A stretch of 64,000 bases of DNA. It comes from Macrostomum hystrix. Taxonomy: Eukaryota > Animalia > Platyhelminthes. Made by a program: the position numbers and the translations under genes. This document shows, piece after piece, positions 50,913-63,160 of the stretch. The stretch spans positions 7,502,001 to 7,566,000 of the forward strand of contig CATNEN010000025.1 of assembly GCA_950097015.1 (NCBI GenBank). Direction: 5' to 3'. The stretch's first letter is position 1; each line of letters starts with the position of its first letter. Below the pieces are notes generated by a model. The model had not been told where the DNA came from. It was given only the letters and a program-made list of their open reading frames with translations, and ran no database searches.

Positions 50913-51834
50913 GTAGGGAGAGACTTACATAACGCTATTTGGCTAATTGAACTTTTTCGAAGACTTGATTTTTTCAATGAGCCATCGAATAGTGAGGGAA
51001 CATTAGATCGATTGACACGGGACCTTCGTGGAATCCAATCAGTGCCGATTGCGTAACGTGGTCACTAGATTAGCTTGCTAACTCGGGCGAACACATCGAT
51101 TGTCGGCGAGATTTGCTAGCGCCAATAGAAGCTGCACTTTGATCCACAACCATAAACTGCTTTCCCAATCCTCCTCTCCTCAGTTCATTCCCTACTCAAA
51201 TCATTCTCTAATCTCCGAGTATTTACCCTCGCGTGACCTCTAGCGAGCGTTTCGTATCCCCGCTACAAACACAAACCTCAGGTGCTCCTACTTGGCCACT
51301 GTGATGGAGTGAGAAGCTGGGATCAAAGCCAATCCCAACCCGTCTTGTCTCCCTCTCTCTTCAACATTTGTATTATCTTAACTACACATATAGCGTGCCG
51401 TACCGAATCCTCATTAACTCAAGGTAAGAAAGAAGCTAAAGCTGATCAAGCCCGCCCTGCTGCAGAAGCAGCTCTCCTCTCCACCTTCTTGCTTTCCTCT
51501 CTTTCTTTTGCCTCGGATTTTCTTTCTACATCCCGTTTTAGGCTAAGAAGGGCGGAGTCTCGTGTTAGCCATAAGCCCAGTCACCTACTCATGGGACAGT
51601 GTGTGAGAACACTCGGTGCGCCTAGTAAGCAGCACTGCTCACGCAGTCGACGATGCTGGACCGAGCTGAACTTGCCATGATTAATTCCCGTATTCAAGGA
51701 CACCCGCAGAATCCTTCAGTATTGCATTGGAATGATAATTAGTACTTTAAAATTATTTGGTTTTTATGTGCATTGACATGTGTATTGACATGACATGTGC
51801 ATTGACATGTACGTGAAATGACATGTACAGGATT

Positions 51835-52325
51835 CAGAGACTGTGGAGATGAGACAGGGGAGATAAGACGGGAGATAAGATAGGGGAGAAATGAGACGAG
51901 AGATGAGATAGGGGAGAGATGAGACAGGGGAGATGAGACAGGGGAGATGAGACAGGGGAGATGAGACAAGAGGAGACGAGACAAGGGAGACGTGGCAGGG
52001 GAGAGATGAGACGGGGGAGATGAGATAGGGGAGAGATGAGATAAGAGAGATGAGATAGGGGAGAGATGAGACAGGGGAGATGAGATAGGGGAGAGATGAG
52101 ACAGGGGAGATGAGACAAGAGGAGACGAGACAAGTGAGATGAGATAGGGGAGAGATGAGACGGGGGAGATGAGATAGGGGAGAGATGAGACAAGTGAGAT
52201 GAGATAGGGGAGATAAGACGGGAGATAAGATAGGCGAGAAATGAGACGAGAGATGAGATAGGGGAGAGATGAGACAAGTGAGATGAGATAGGGGAGATGA
52301 GGCAGGTGAGATAAAACGGGAGAGA
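51835..52325. repeat. GA-rich array (GGGGAGATGAGACA) in Dachsous intron 1
   Basis: Tandem 14-16-bp units. Confidence 0.93.
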
Positions 52326-54482
52326 ATGTAAGAGACACGGGGCGGCACAAAGACTTGTAGCTGCTGTAGGCTTTGCTAAGTTTTACCCTGCTCTAGTTGT
52401 ATTTCATCATGCCCAAGTTAAGAGTTGAAATCCGTCTGCGCTAAGAAAAAAAGCACAACTTACATAAAATTTAGGCACAATAGAAGCTGCTAACGGGTGG
52501 CAACTCTGCTAAAACTGCAACGAAAAAACGTTAAAATGAAATTCAGTAAAAAATACTTAGACCGACCACCCCACAGAGGTAAAAGATAAACGCATAAGAT
52601 ATATTGCATAGATATGACAGAATCTTGTTCGACAACTATTATAATATCAATAGGATGGTATTAGCCATACACCAGGCTATACAAGGAGAGGCCGCACAAT
52701 AGACAGGTTGAGAGGTGACTCGGAGCAGACTGCTCGGAGCCATCTTTAATCTTTCTCTGTTTCTCTGCGTATGTTCTCTAGTATAGAGCCGCTTCTCACA
52801 CAGTCTCTATGCTAGACTATGCAGAGCTGGCAGTTGTTTCTGTCATTAGCTCCTTCTCTTGGCAAACATTTAAGCGAGCACCCTCTAATTTAATTTTTTG
52901 TCAACCTTAATTCACGGCTCACTGCCTGTTCAGCTGCTTAACATGCTTGAATGAATAGGTAGGCTTTGATTCGACACAGAATTTTAGCACAGACTGTAAG
53001 GGAGCTATTGTCCGCGCATAGAGACCAGTGGATCTCATTTCGGTAACTTATACGAATGCTTAATTAGATGGTACAAGAATGATGAGAACGGAAAAGACTG
53101 AGACCTCAGAGGGGCTTTGAAGCGGCGCCGCATTGAAGTGCACGAAGGTGCAAACGCACATCTTTTGTTTCATAAAATTTAAAAGCAGCATAAATCTGAC
53201 ACCAAATTAAACAAAAACTACAGGTTAAAACTGATTTTTTTGCTTTATTTTGTTAACATATCCACTTCAATGAATCCATGTGAGCACATATTTGCAGATT
53301 GTATAGTTCTATAGACTCATTTAATATTTATTATGTGTCTCAATTCTGTATGCTTTTGAGTCTCTATGCTCAGGCCCCCAACCATGCAGTCCCAACCACG
53401 AAACAAAACAAACAGAGACATGTCAGTGTGTGTGTGCAATTTGCCAATCACTGAGCTAGCACAAAGGGTTAAAGGCATGGCGCCAGCAAGTAGCCTGATA
53501 GGTAACTCATGTAGAAAATTAAAAGGCCGCTTTTTTTAGCGATCCTTCATCCTTCATGTCACGTCAGTTTGCGCACGTCATCTGGATGCCTTGAAAGCCA
53601 TTGAAGATGGCTTTCATTCAATAACTTTTCTACATTCTATACTAAATCTGGCCTGGTAATGTGGACTGCTTTTAAAAGCAAGTTGGGACAGTGAGTCATC
53701 CACCTGAAATTCAGCTTAGTTCTGATCCGCCCCAGCCTCTCAATGCACAAGCTTCCTACTTTTAATTGTTTTCTATTTTTTTCTACTTGTCTTTTTGTCT
53801 TGTATTTTATCCTTTCTATATTTGCTTTTCTGAGTTTTTTGGCTAATTAGTAAGAAACCTAATTTCATATTGTTTCAATTCAGAGTTCTGAAAAAAAGAG
53901 TACCAGCATTACCTATCTAGTCTCTTCTGCGATAGATTTATAATTTCCCTCTTTTTTTCAATCATTTTCCTAGTTTATATTCTAAACTTTTTCAATCGCT
54001 GGTGCAATAAAGTTAGTCTCTCAAGGCCCTTGGTGTACAGTCTGAAGTTTCAGTACACATTGGACGAGAACTGGTCGCTATGCATAAGTTGCACTGTCAT
54101 GAAGATAAAGAAAGTATTTAAAAAGCAACGCAACAGTGTGGTGTGTAGCAATTTTAGCCATTATAGTTTTACGATTCTGGTGCAAAAGTTGCTAGTTGCG
54201 TTGTTCTATAACTGCACCCTGACTCAACTATCATGGCTGGCTGTGAACCACGCAAGCTTCTAAATGCTACAAGCCAAGCTAACGATAATCCAGACTTTTA
54301 TTGTCTTTATTAGATTCATTTTGTTACTTTCTAACCAAATTTAACTAGTACGTTAAGTATTTCTGTACAAGAAAAATAATTTACTACGTGGATGAATCAT
54401 TGAAATCGTAAAATATTAAAGTACAGACATTTTCTTTTTTCAGTCTCTATTTTACTACGCTCGTATATTCCTGTAAAATTGT

Positions 54483-54950
54483 TATAGATTCCTGTACTAC
54501 AATGATAGATTCCTGTACTACAATGATAGATTCCTGTACTACAATGATAGATTCCTGTACTACAATGATAGATTCCTGTACTACAATGATAGATTCCTGT
54601 ACTACAATGATAGATTCCTGTACTACAATGATAGATCCCTGTACTACAATGATAGATTCCTGTACTACAATGATAGATTCCTGTACTACAATGATAGATC
54701 CCTGTACTACAATGATAGATTCCTGTACTACAATGATAGATTCCTGTACTACAATGATAGATTCCTGTACTACAATGATAGATCCCTGTACTACAATGAT
54801 AGATTCCTGTACTACAATGATAGATCCCTGTACTACAATGATAGATTCCTGTACTACAATGATAGATTCCTGTACAATAACGATAGATTACTGTACAACA
54901 ACGATCGATTCCTGTACAACAACGATCGATTCCTGTACGGCAAGTTCAGA
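54483..54950. repeat. 21-bp minisatellite (ATGATAGATTCCTGTACTACA), about 22 copies, Dachsous intron 1
   Basis: Near-perfect tandem copies; explains the MIDSCTT ORF. Confidence 0.97.
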
Positions 54951-57900
54951 TAACTGTAAATATTAATGTTAAGCAGCAGTGCGTGGTAATAGTGAAGCGT
55001 TTAAGAGTTCTTTGAGCAGCTAATCTCACACGGTCAGACATCTGTGACGGATTTGGCAAGAAATTTTGTTGCATTTTTGTCTTCGGAAATAGGAAAAACC
55101 CTGTCTAAATAAAAGTGCGTGCTTTTGTATGCACTTGGATCAAAACAATTAGAAAATAATACTCTTTCCTAGCTAAGCTAGTGTGGAAGACCCATGTACT
55201 CAGTACACAGCTGGCTGTTTTGTGTGGTCTATTGTGTCTAGAGATATATTTTTTTAGTTTAAAAAAGTCAATTCGTCACTTTTCTCAACGAAATATGCCA
55301 TTTGTTTTCATTGGGTACTTAGAATCGAGAGTAGAGATGGGAATAAACTAATGGGATGGCAGGGAATGGGAAGCCTTTCATCCCATTGTAGGCTAAACTA
55401 CTTTTTTTCCAAATTTCTGGGAGACTGATCGTTGCTGGCCCATATGAAGAAGGCAATCCTGAAGTTCAGAAAATAACACTTAGAAATAAAATTATGCAAT
55501 AAGTCATGTCTACACACTGAGGATAATGTATCGTTTCAAAAGTCATAAAACTTGTTTGAATTTTATGACTTTTGGATAAATAAAAAAATCACAATCTTGA
55601 AACTAGCAGTTCGCTCTCTCGACAGCAGGTTTTTTGTTATCACTGAACAGACCTAGCCTAGTTACCTGTGCTAGGCTAGACTGATTAATTTCCTGATATA
55701 TAACTTCCTCTTCTAGAGGAAGCATGACGAAGCTTATCCTAATCTCCAAGGATTTCACACCCACTGCATGAGGATAAGTGATTTGCCCAGGTCGATGGGA
55801 GCCAAGCGGGATGAAGGCTAGTTGCGATGCGGGCGCTGCCTCAGGGCTTGTTTTGATTCGTGGCATTCAGTCTCGAGGGTAGGGGAGGGGGAAATGATTG
55901 CTGCTGCAGGCCCAGCCATCACCCGCTGAGTCGGCACTGGACAATCGGGACCTTCGCTACAGCTCGGCGCTAAATCTCAGTAGGCATTCGATTTTTGGCA
56001 CTGGGTCTAGTTAAAGAGAGACAGAGACAACTTCCCCGCCCAATATCCCTCGAGGGGAAGAAACCCACGAAACCAATGCGGATTGGGACTAAATTACTGT
56101 CAGCTGCTATCTTTGGTCGGGCAAGGAGTTTTCTGCAAGGCCGCCATATTTTCATATGTTTTACTAATATCTTGGGATGGGATCCTGTTTGTCTGACGCC
56201 TGTTCCGTCTGTCTGCCTGCTTTCTTTTCTCCCCCCATGGGCCCAGTGAAAGCTGGAGAATTGATGCGGTTCATTTAAAAAAAAAGAGAGAAAAAACTTC
56301 CTTATGTCAATCATAACTTTTGGTGTCAGTCACCCCCTGTGTTCCAGTGTCTTGTGTGCTACACAGAACGAAACACCAATGGATCATTGACTAACTAGGC
56401 TTTCGATACTGAAGATTATAAAATTTCCCCCTTTAAAATGTTTGGAGTATACAATTTAAGCATTATGTAAAGAATGTCCGAGGCTGCGTTTAACAGTAGG
56501 ACTACCAGGCCCTTTTGCCGCCCGTTTTTATACCAAGGCCCCCTGAAAATGTTTTTGCCAGCGCCTGAATGCTTTGGGGGTGACTGATTGGTTGACAGAC
56601 TAGTCGAGGGTGTCCTGTGGTTGAGCTGCGCCTAATAGTTAGGCTTGAACAGTGAAATTGGAGAAATTCGCGTCAGGGTGTCCATAGTGGCCTAGTTCCA
56701 CCTGTTGTAGCTCTTGAAGGTCTAGATAGATAAGAGAGATAGATCTAGATAAAGGTCGGTGACCGCCGAAGTCGGAGATGATGCAGGCACATTCGGGTGA
56801 CATGCTGATAAAGTTTGAAGGTCTGGAAAGGCCGCACTGAGGCGCAGTGCAAATTCGTGTATAGGGGTGTATGAAATACACTAGTTCTTATGGGAAAAAT
56901 CGGACCTTCGGCCAGAAACATTGAATATCTCGACGGTCTGAAGACCTGGCGACTTGTTTTTTGTTTCAGAAGATGCGCAACAAAAAGTTGGCCCGTGTTC
57001 TTGAGTTTCGTGTGCTTGCATTGTTCCGTTCGGGTGCAGCACAAAACATTGTCAGGGGGGGAATTTCCGCCCCCCCTTGGTAGTTCTACTGTTAATGGTC
57101 TCGAGGCGAGCGTAGCGAGCCGAGGATATTCTAACCATAGACTATGATGAATTAAACGGCGTTTATCATATATTAAATTCGATTGCTTATTTTCGGGGGC
57201 ATCCCATCTGATTGATAGACATATAGGTTTAGACCATTTGATTCCGACCATAGACAAAAAAATAAATTTCTCACGAAGATACAGTCACGAAGCAGACAGT
57301 CAGTCAGTGGTGGCAAAACGTAAAAGCCGAATTCAAAGTTCACTTCAATGTTCCATATAATGCTCCTTTTTTCGAGGAGATTACATGATATAATATCCTA
57401 GTTTTTGTCTAATGATCTCACCAAAAATTACCATAGACAACACATTCCCGGCTCAGAATAGTACAAATTTTTAACGATTAAATAAGCAATCGTATTTTAT
57501 AAATGAGTAACAGCTTGAGCTAAAATTGATTCAAAAATTGAATATATCGTTTATATTAGACTTAAAAATTTTTAACCACTATTATTAGTAGAACTATACC
57601 AGTCTCTATATATAAGAATGCAAATTAGACCCTAGCCTAATGAACTACCGTTGAAATGGATAGTGGGCTGGGCTGCCGCACCTTCAACTTACTGCACTTC
57701 AGTTTCACACCGTATAAACAATATATCATTACACTTGTAAATAATTGCTTGAGCTTGAAGGCAGACTTCAAGCTAACTTCCGTGAGAAAATATCTGCTCT
57801 CAGTTATTTATACAACCTGAGAGGTCAAGTGTTAGAATTTAGTTAAGGCAGAAATTCGGGTGCGTTCAGCGACCTCCTCTGTCCATGGACTGAACAGCTG

Positions 57901-58021
57901 TACACAGCCTTTGGAAACGCGGACGCAATAGCTGAGGCTGTGACACTGGCGGTACATCAGGCCCTCAAATGGGCAAAGTGCAGTTAATGCTCTTATTGTA
58001 AAACTCCATCGGCATTTACAG

Positions 58022-59367
58022 GTGCGATCACAGTGGCCCCTGGCAACACCACCTGGCCAGTGCTGGACTATGAGACTCGCCGCAACTACCAGCTGATCAT
58101 CCAGGCGTCCACCAGCGAGCAGGCCGCCCTGAACAGGGTCGACATTCGACTGACGAATCGAGATGACTGCAGCCCGCGCTTCGCCCAGTCAGTCTACGCC
58201 GCCGTCCTGCCGGAGAAGTCGCCAGCTGGCACCGCGGTGGCCCGCGTCTGGGCCATAGACGATGACAGCCGGGTGAAGTATCGTCTACTGACTGGCGGAG
58301 GCGGCTTCGTCATCAACGAAGACTCCGGCCTGGTGACGGTGGCGATTCCGCCAGACTACAGCTTGCAGTCCAACCACACACTCTCTGTGGTGGCAGCCTC
58401 CGAGGACGACCCGCTGATGACCGCAAGATGCAGCCTGCAGGTTCGCATCATCAACCTCAACAACCAGAAGCCGCTGCTGCAGGCGATCCCGGATGTGACT
58501 TTGACAGCCGACGCCAAGCCCGGCCAGCGGCTGACGCAGATCCGAGCCACAGACCTGGACGGCTACCCGCCGCTCGCGTACACACTGCGCGTAGACCCTC
58601 CGTCGACATCGTCGGTGATTTTTACAGTTGGTCGCTTCTCCGGCGATCTCTGGCTGGTTGGCAAGCCTGACAGACCCGACTACAACCTCAGCGTGACTGT
58701 TACAGACGGCGGGGTCCACTCGGTGTCCAGCAGCTTCCGCGTAAGGCTGAATGCCGCGGCGGGCCGGGCCAGATTTGTGCGCGGCTCTTTTGCCTTCGAA
58801 GCCAGGGTCGGCGCGCCGACGTCTGAGGCCATCGGAAATCTGGAGCTGGTTAGCGGCAGCGACGCATCGGTGTCCATTGTGGCGGATCCTATGCAGTCGC
58901 CACTGCCCTTCCAGCTGGTCGGCTTGGAGCTCCGGAACAGTCGCATTGTGGACGCCGCAGCCGATTTCGCGTTCGTTGTCAAGGCGACGCCAACGTCCGG
59001 TTCTTCGACGATTGGCGATGACTTCGCCACGGTGCTGGTCAGCTATCGGGTCACGAACTTGCGACCGCCCGCGTTTCGCAATCTTAACACAGCTGGTGAC
59101 ATTCTGCTGATGGTGTCAGAGTCGACGCCAGTTGGACGCGCCGTGGGCGCTCTTGTCTGCGTCGACGAAGACACCGGTCAGGTGACGTCGGTTGAGGTGC
59201 TTCCGGCTGTTGCTGCGGAGCCAACGCCGCCGGTGCAGGCCGTGCGACACACCGGGCGACTCGTTCTGACCCGACCGTTGGATCGCGAGACCCGCTCCGA
59301 GCATCGCTTCCTGGCGACGTGCTGGGACAGCGGTCTGCCGGTCCTGAGCGTCAATGTCAGCGTCAGG
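58022..59367 (+). CDS. ds: Dachsous-like protocadherin exon 2 (EC18 to EC22)
   Basis: TTTACAG|GT restores DSVTG-AITV..LDYE. Donor AGG|GTGAGC, phase 0. Confidence 0.92.
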
Positions 59368-60186
59368 GTGAGCTCGCGAACTTCTAGTCGGTCTGGGAGC
59401 ACAGCTTCACCTTCAGACTAAACTTCAACCAGGAGTCCCAAGAATAAAACTTCCTAAGAAACTTTTGAAAGTTTGGAAAGTGACTCCTGCTTAAAGGAAT
59501 GCGAGGTAGTACATTAAGAATCCCCGATCAATAGTGATTTGGGACCAACTCGACAGTAGTATAGTCCAAAAAAGAAGGAAAAAAGCAATCTAGAACAGAC
59601 TGAGGCCAGGTGAATCAGATTAGCTGAAGCCCCATTGTTGAAGCATCCGCGACAGGCCACTCATACCAAATGAGACAGTGGAATTCAAAGCGGCCCCTCT
59701 AGCTTACTAGCAAATATGGGGGGAGGAGCCACTCTGCATGGCCACCATTGTGGCGAGGCCGACTGGGGAGAGACAGGAAGCAAAGCAGCGAAGCCGGGGC
59801 TGAGAAAGGGCCAGTGCATTTTGCGGAATCCCACATTTGGTCTCTTGTGCTGGCTTCATTGTGCTAGCTCCGCGTTTCTGCAGCAGCTGCTGACTGCCGT
59901 GCTGTCAATCACCCGACCGCCACTCTGTGTCTGTCAGCGTGAAGCTTGTCCAGTCACTCGTCTATGTCTATTTGCTTCGATCCAAACTTTCTAGCCTTCA
60001 TCAGTCTCTCATTCAATATTTTAAGTTTTCTAAATGTGTCCAACAGTTACCGATGTCCTGTGATGTACTCTACGAATTTCTCTGTGCATACCAAGCAATT
60101 TTACTGGCTAAATAGCAATACGCATCACTCTACTGCAGTAAGTAGCCGTGCTTGTGTTTACAACTAAAAATACAAAAAACCCGCAG

Positions 60187-62010
60187 CTCCTGGTACTGGA
60201 CGCCAACGACAACACGCCGCTGTTCCAGGGCGCTCCGTACGCCGCCTCGCTGACTGTTTCAGCAGCGCCGAGCTCAATTGGAACTCGACTACTAACTGTG
60301 GCTGCAACCGATCTGGACTTGGGAGTCAACGGGCAGGTGTCCTACAGGTTGCTAGGCAACCAGACAGTGCTGGGCATCGATTCGTCAAGTGGCGCAGTAT
60401 CGCTTCTTTCGGCCCCATCGGCGGTGCAGGTCGCCATTGCTGAAAATGCGGTCGGGTTCGTCAGCTTCGACTTTCTCGTCCGTGCCACCGATGTGACGTT
60501 GTCCAGCCTTGCCAGAATCAGCCTGCGCGTCCTGACCGACGGTGCCGCTTTGCTTCAGCGACTGCCAGCGAACCCGCTGGCTCTGCTGATACGCGAGGGA
60601 CTCGAGCCGGGTGCCCTGGTCAGCGACCAGCTGCCTGCCGACTGCGCTGCTGAGACGACCAGTCGCGAGTTCAGCCTCGTCTCAGGTCGCTTGACAACTA
60701 GAATGAAACTCGACTACGAGAACACCACGGCGTACAGTCTGCGGCTCAACTGCAGCGCAGGCGGCGGTTCAGCATCGGAGAAGCAGCTGCTACTTGTGCT
60801 GGTCCAAGATGTGGACGAGTTTCAGCCCGTGTTTGACAGACCAGACTACCATCTCGATCTGGTAGCAACGCCGGCTGTTGGACGATCGCTGTTGCGTCTG
60901 GCGGCGTCCGATGGCGACGCCGGACCGGCGGGTCGAGTCGTCTTCGAATTATTGGGCGTCGAGTGCGACGCAGATAAAGAGGCCGTAGCTGGCCGATTCG
61001 GTTTGAACTCCAGCACAGGCGAGTTGTTTCTGGCGCGCGCTTTCGCCTCGGCCCCCGGCACAGTTCGGGGGAACTACAGCATTCGAGTGCGCGCCACCAG
61101 TTTGCTCTTGTTCAGCGACGCCTTGGTCCTACTGAGCATGCCCGTCCCCATGACAAACCAGCCGACAGGCGGCCTCGCCACACTCACACTAGTTGCCATA
61201 CTGATCGGCGTCATTGTGCCAATTGTCCTAATTGCCATCGCCATTGGCGTGGGCTCAGCCTTGTGTACGCGGCGTCGTCGGCTAACCGGCAAGCGCGGGC
61301 TGCACTCCAGTCGGGCCAAGAAAAAAGCGGCGTCAGCGGCCGCAGCGAATTCAGCCTCGCCAACGTCGACACTCTACGACTCGTGCTTCGACCAGAGCGT
61401 GGCGGTTGTTGTCGCAGCTGCGACTGCCGGACTGCAGCCGCCTAGGCCGCCGCCGCGCACGATGACGGAGCTGACGCGGCTCAGTGGCACTGCACACAGC
61501 TCCGGCCTGGGCAGCGCCGCTTCTGACGATGATCAGGCGCAGCACGTGCAGCTACCACAGCATTACCAGCCGTTGCAATTGGCTGGGTCAGTCCAAGCTG
61601 ATGGCGCGTCGCTACCGAAGGATCATCGCGAGTATCTGCACCGTCTCGGCGTAGCTCCAGAACTGCGACAGCCGCTTGGCACCGCTGGCAGGCGATTTCA
61701 CTCGGCCGCAAGCCTGTGGAGCGAGGACCCGTACCAGGCCACACCTGTACCCAGCTTGCTAGAGCTGCCGCGTGCCGCAGCCGGCGCTGGCAGTTTCGGC
61801 GGCGTCAGCAACGGCTTCATCGGATTAAACTGCACGCCGCGCCTGCCGTCGCATCTGACGGCCTGGCAGCCGCAGTTCCAGCCGTTGGCCAGCGTGTTCG
61901 CCGAGATCGCCCAGTTGAAAGACGACGCGATGATGGATGGCGGCCGCGGCGGTTTTGTTGGGCTCTACGATTTGCAGGACGACGTCGCTTTCACTACGTC
62001 AGTCATTTAA
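60187..62010 (+). CDS. ds: Dachsous-like protocadherin exon 3 (EC23-25, TM at about 61174-61266, cytoplasmic tail)
   Basis: CCGCAG|CTC gives VSVR-LLVLDANDNTP. No EGF or LamG domains, so not Fat or Celsr. The tail carries HSSGLGSA..DDD and WQPQFQPLASVFAEIAQLKD, matching Dachsous/DCHS1 conserved boxes. Stop TAA at 62008-62010. Confidence 0.92.
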   Translation, partial: LLVLDANDNTPLFQGAPYAASLTVSAAPSSIGTRLLTVAATDLDLGVNGQVSYRLLGNQTVLGIDSSSGAVSLLSAPSAVQVAIAENAVGFVSFDFLVRATDVTLSSLARISLRVLTDGAALLQRLPANPLALLIREGLEPGALVSDQLPADCAAETTSREFSLVSGRLTTRMKLDYENTTAYSLRLNCSAGGGSASEKQLLLVLVQDVDEFQPVFDRPDYHLDLVATPAVGRSLLRLAASDGDAGPAGRVVFELLGVECDADKEAVAGRFGLNSSTGELFLARAFASAPGTVRGNYSIRVRATSLLLFSDALVLLSMPVPMTNQPTGGLATLTLVAILIGVIVPIVLIAIAIGVGSALCTRRRRLTGKRGLHSSRAKKKAASAAAANSASPTSTLYDSCFDQSVAVVVAAATAGLQPPRPPPRTMTELTRLSGTAHSSGLGSAASDDDQAQHVQLPQHYQPLQLAGSVQADGASLPKDHREYLHRLGVAPELRQPLGTAGRRFHSAASLWSEDPYQATPVPSLLELPRAAAGAGSFGGVSNGFIGLNCTPRLPSHLTAWQPQFQPLASVFAEIAQLKDDAMMDGGRGGFVGLYDLQDDVAFTTSVI

Positions 62011-62660
62011 TTGGCCCCCGTGAAACTCCCCCTATCCTGACTTACACTCGTAACCTGTCTTAGACCTTCTCTTGGTACGTTTTAACTAGAAAACTTTGGG
62101 GGAAACCTGATAGAAATTACTTCCAATTTAACACCTGAAGGCTGCTAGCTGTTCAGCTCATCCAACGGAATATCTTTCCCGATAAGTCCGAGCAGTTCTG
62201 CTCAGCCCTTTGCGTTGTTCAAACACCCAGATTTAATGACTTTAAAGCTGATTTTTTAGCTAGCTTTGTCATCAAGCTCAAACTCATGAATTCGTTCCCC
62301 AGTGACATTGTTTGGCTCACTTCTCCCTCAAATCGATTTCGATTGCTTCCTAACAAATTTCTGAACCTGTCAGTCAATAGTCACTTTCATTCTGTGTACA
62401 GTTGTTGGAGCATGTGACGTCACAGTCAGCCGCATCATGCACAAGTGTGTACCTTACGAGTATGAGATTGATTGTATCAGTCCATCTAGCTGCTTCGTGT
62501 TTCATGTAATTAAATGACAAATATATACGGGAACGCTTGGCCAAAGTGAAATGGCCATTGTATAGTGAAATCAATAAGCTTTTATTTATTTGTTTAAAAA
62601 TACACGAAATATCAATTAGCTTGTCATTTTTACGCATGAAAGGTGTTATATGACACTGAT

Positions 62661-62666
62661 AATAAA
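62661..62666 (+). promoter_or_regulatory. Candidate poly(A) signal for Dachsous
   Basis: First AATAAA I found after the stop, about 650 nt downstream. Motif only. Confidence 0.3.
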
Positions 62667-62680
62667 AGATGATAAATAAT

Positions 62681-63160
62681 CTGTTATGAGCGATAAGTAA
62701 ACTATTATGAGCGATGAGTAGTCTGTTATGAGCGATGAGTAGTCTGTTATGAGCGATGAGTAGTCTGTTATGAGCGATGAGTAGTCTGTTATGAGCGATG
62801 AGTAGTCTGTTATGAGCGATGAGTAGTCTGTTATGAGCGATGAGTAGTCTGTTATGAGCGATGAGTAGTCTGTTATGAGCGACGAGTAGTCTGTTATGAG
62901 CGATGAGTAGTCTGTTATGAACGATGAGTAGTCTGTTATGAACGACGAGTAGTCTGTTATGAGCGATGAGTAAACTACTATGAGCGATGAGTAGTCTGTT
63001 ATGATCGATGAGTAGTCTGTTATGAGCGATGAGTAGTCTGTTATGAGCGATGAGTAAACTACTATGAGCGATGAGTAGTCTGTTATGAGCGATGAGTAAA
63101 CTACTATGAGCGATGAGTAAACTACTATGAGCGATGAGTAAACTAGAGTGAGTGATGAGT
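62681..63160. repeat. 21-bp array (TCTGTTATGAGCGATGAGTAG)
   Basis: About 22 copies with AAACTACT variants. Confidence 0.96.

Noticed and set aside
54502-54966. (MIDSCTT)n 154-aa ORF or cassette exon in Dachsous intron 1
   Set aside because: A 21-bp repeat that is stop-free in one frame by chance; no convincing splice sites and intron-like AT content.
55860-57260. Possible MITE or transposon in Dachsous intron 1
   Set aside because: GC-richer patches and short ORFs, but I could not identify terminal inverted repeats or target-site duplications.
45467-61170. Four-jointed kinase target sites (DxND-x7-S/T)
   Set aside because: Only imperfect matches seen by eye (e.g. NVNDEIPIFTQS, DANEHAPVFPST); too degenerate to call without alignment.
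45467-62010. Fat, Fat-like or Flamingo assignment
   Set aside because: No EGF, laminin-G or 7TM segments; the cytoplasmic motifs are Dachsous-type.
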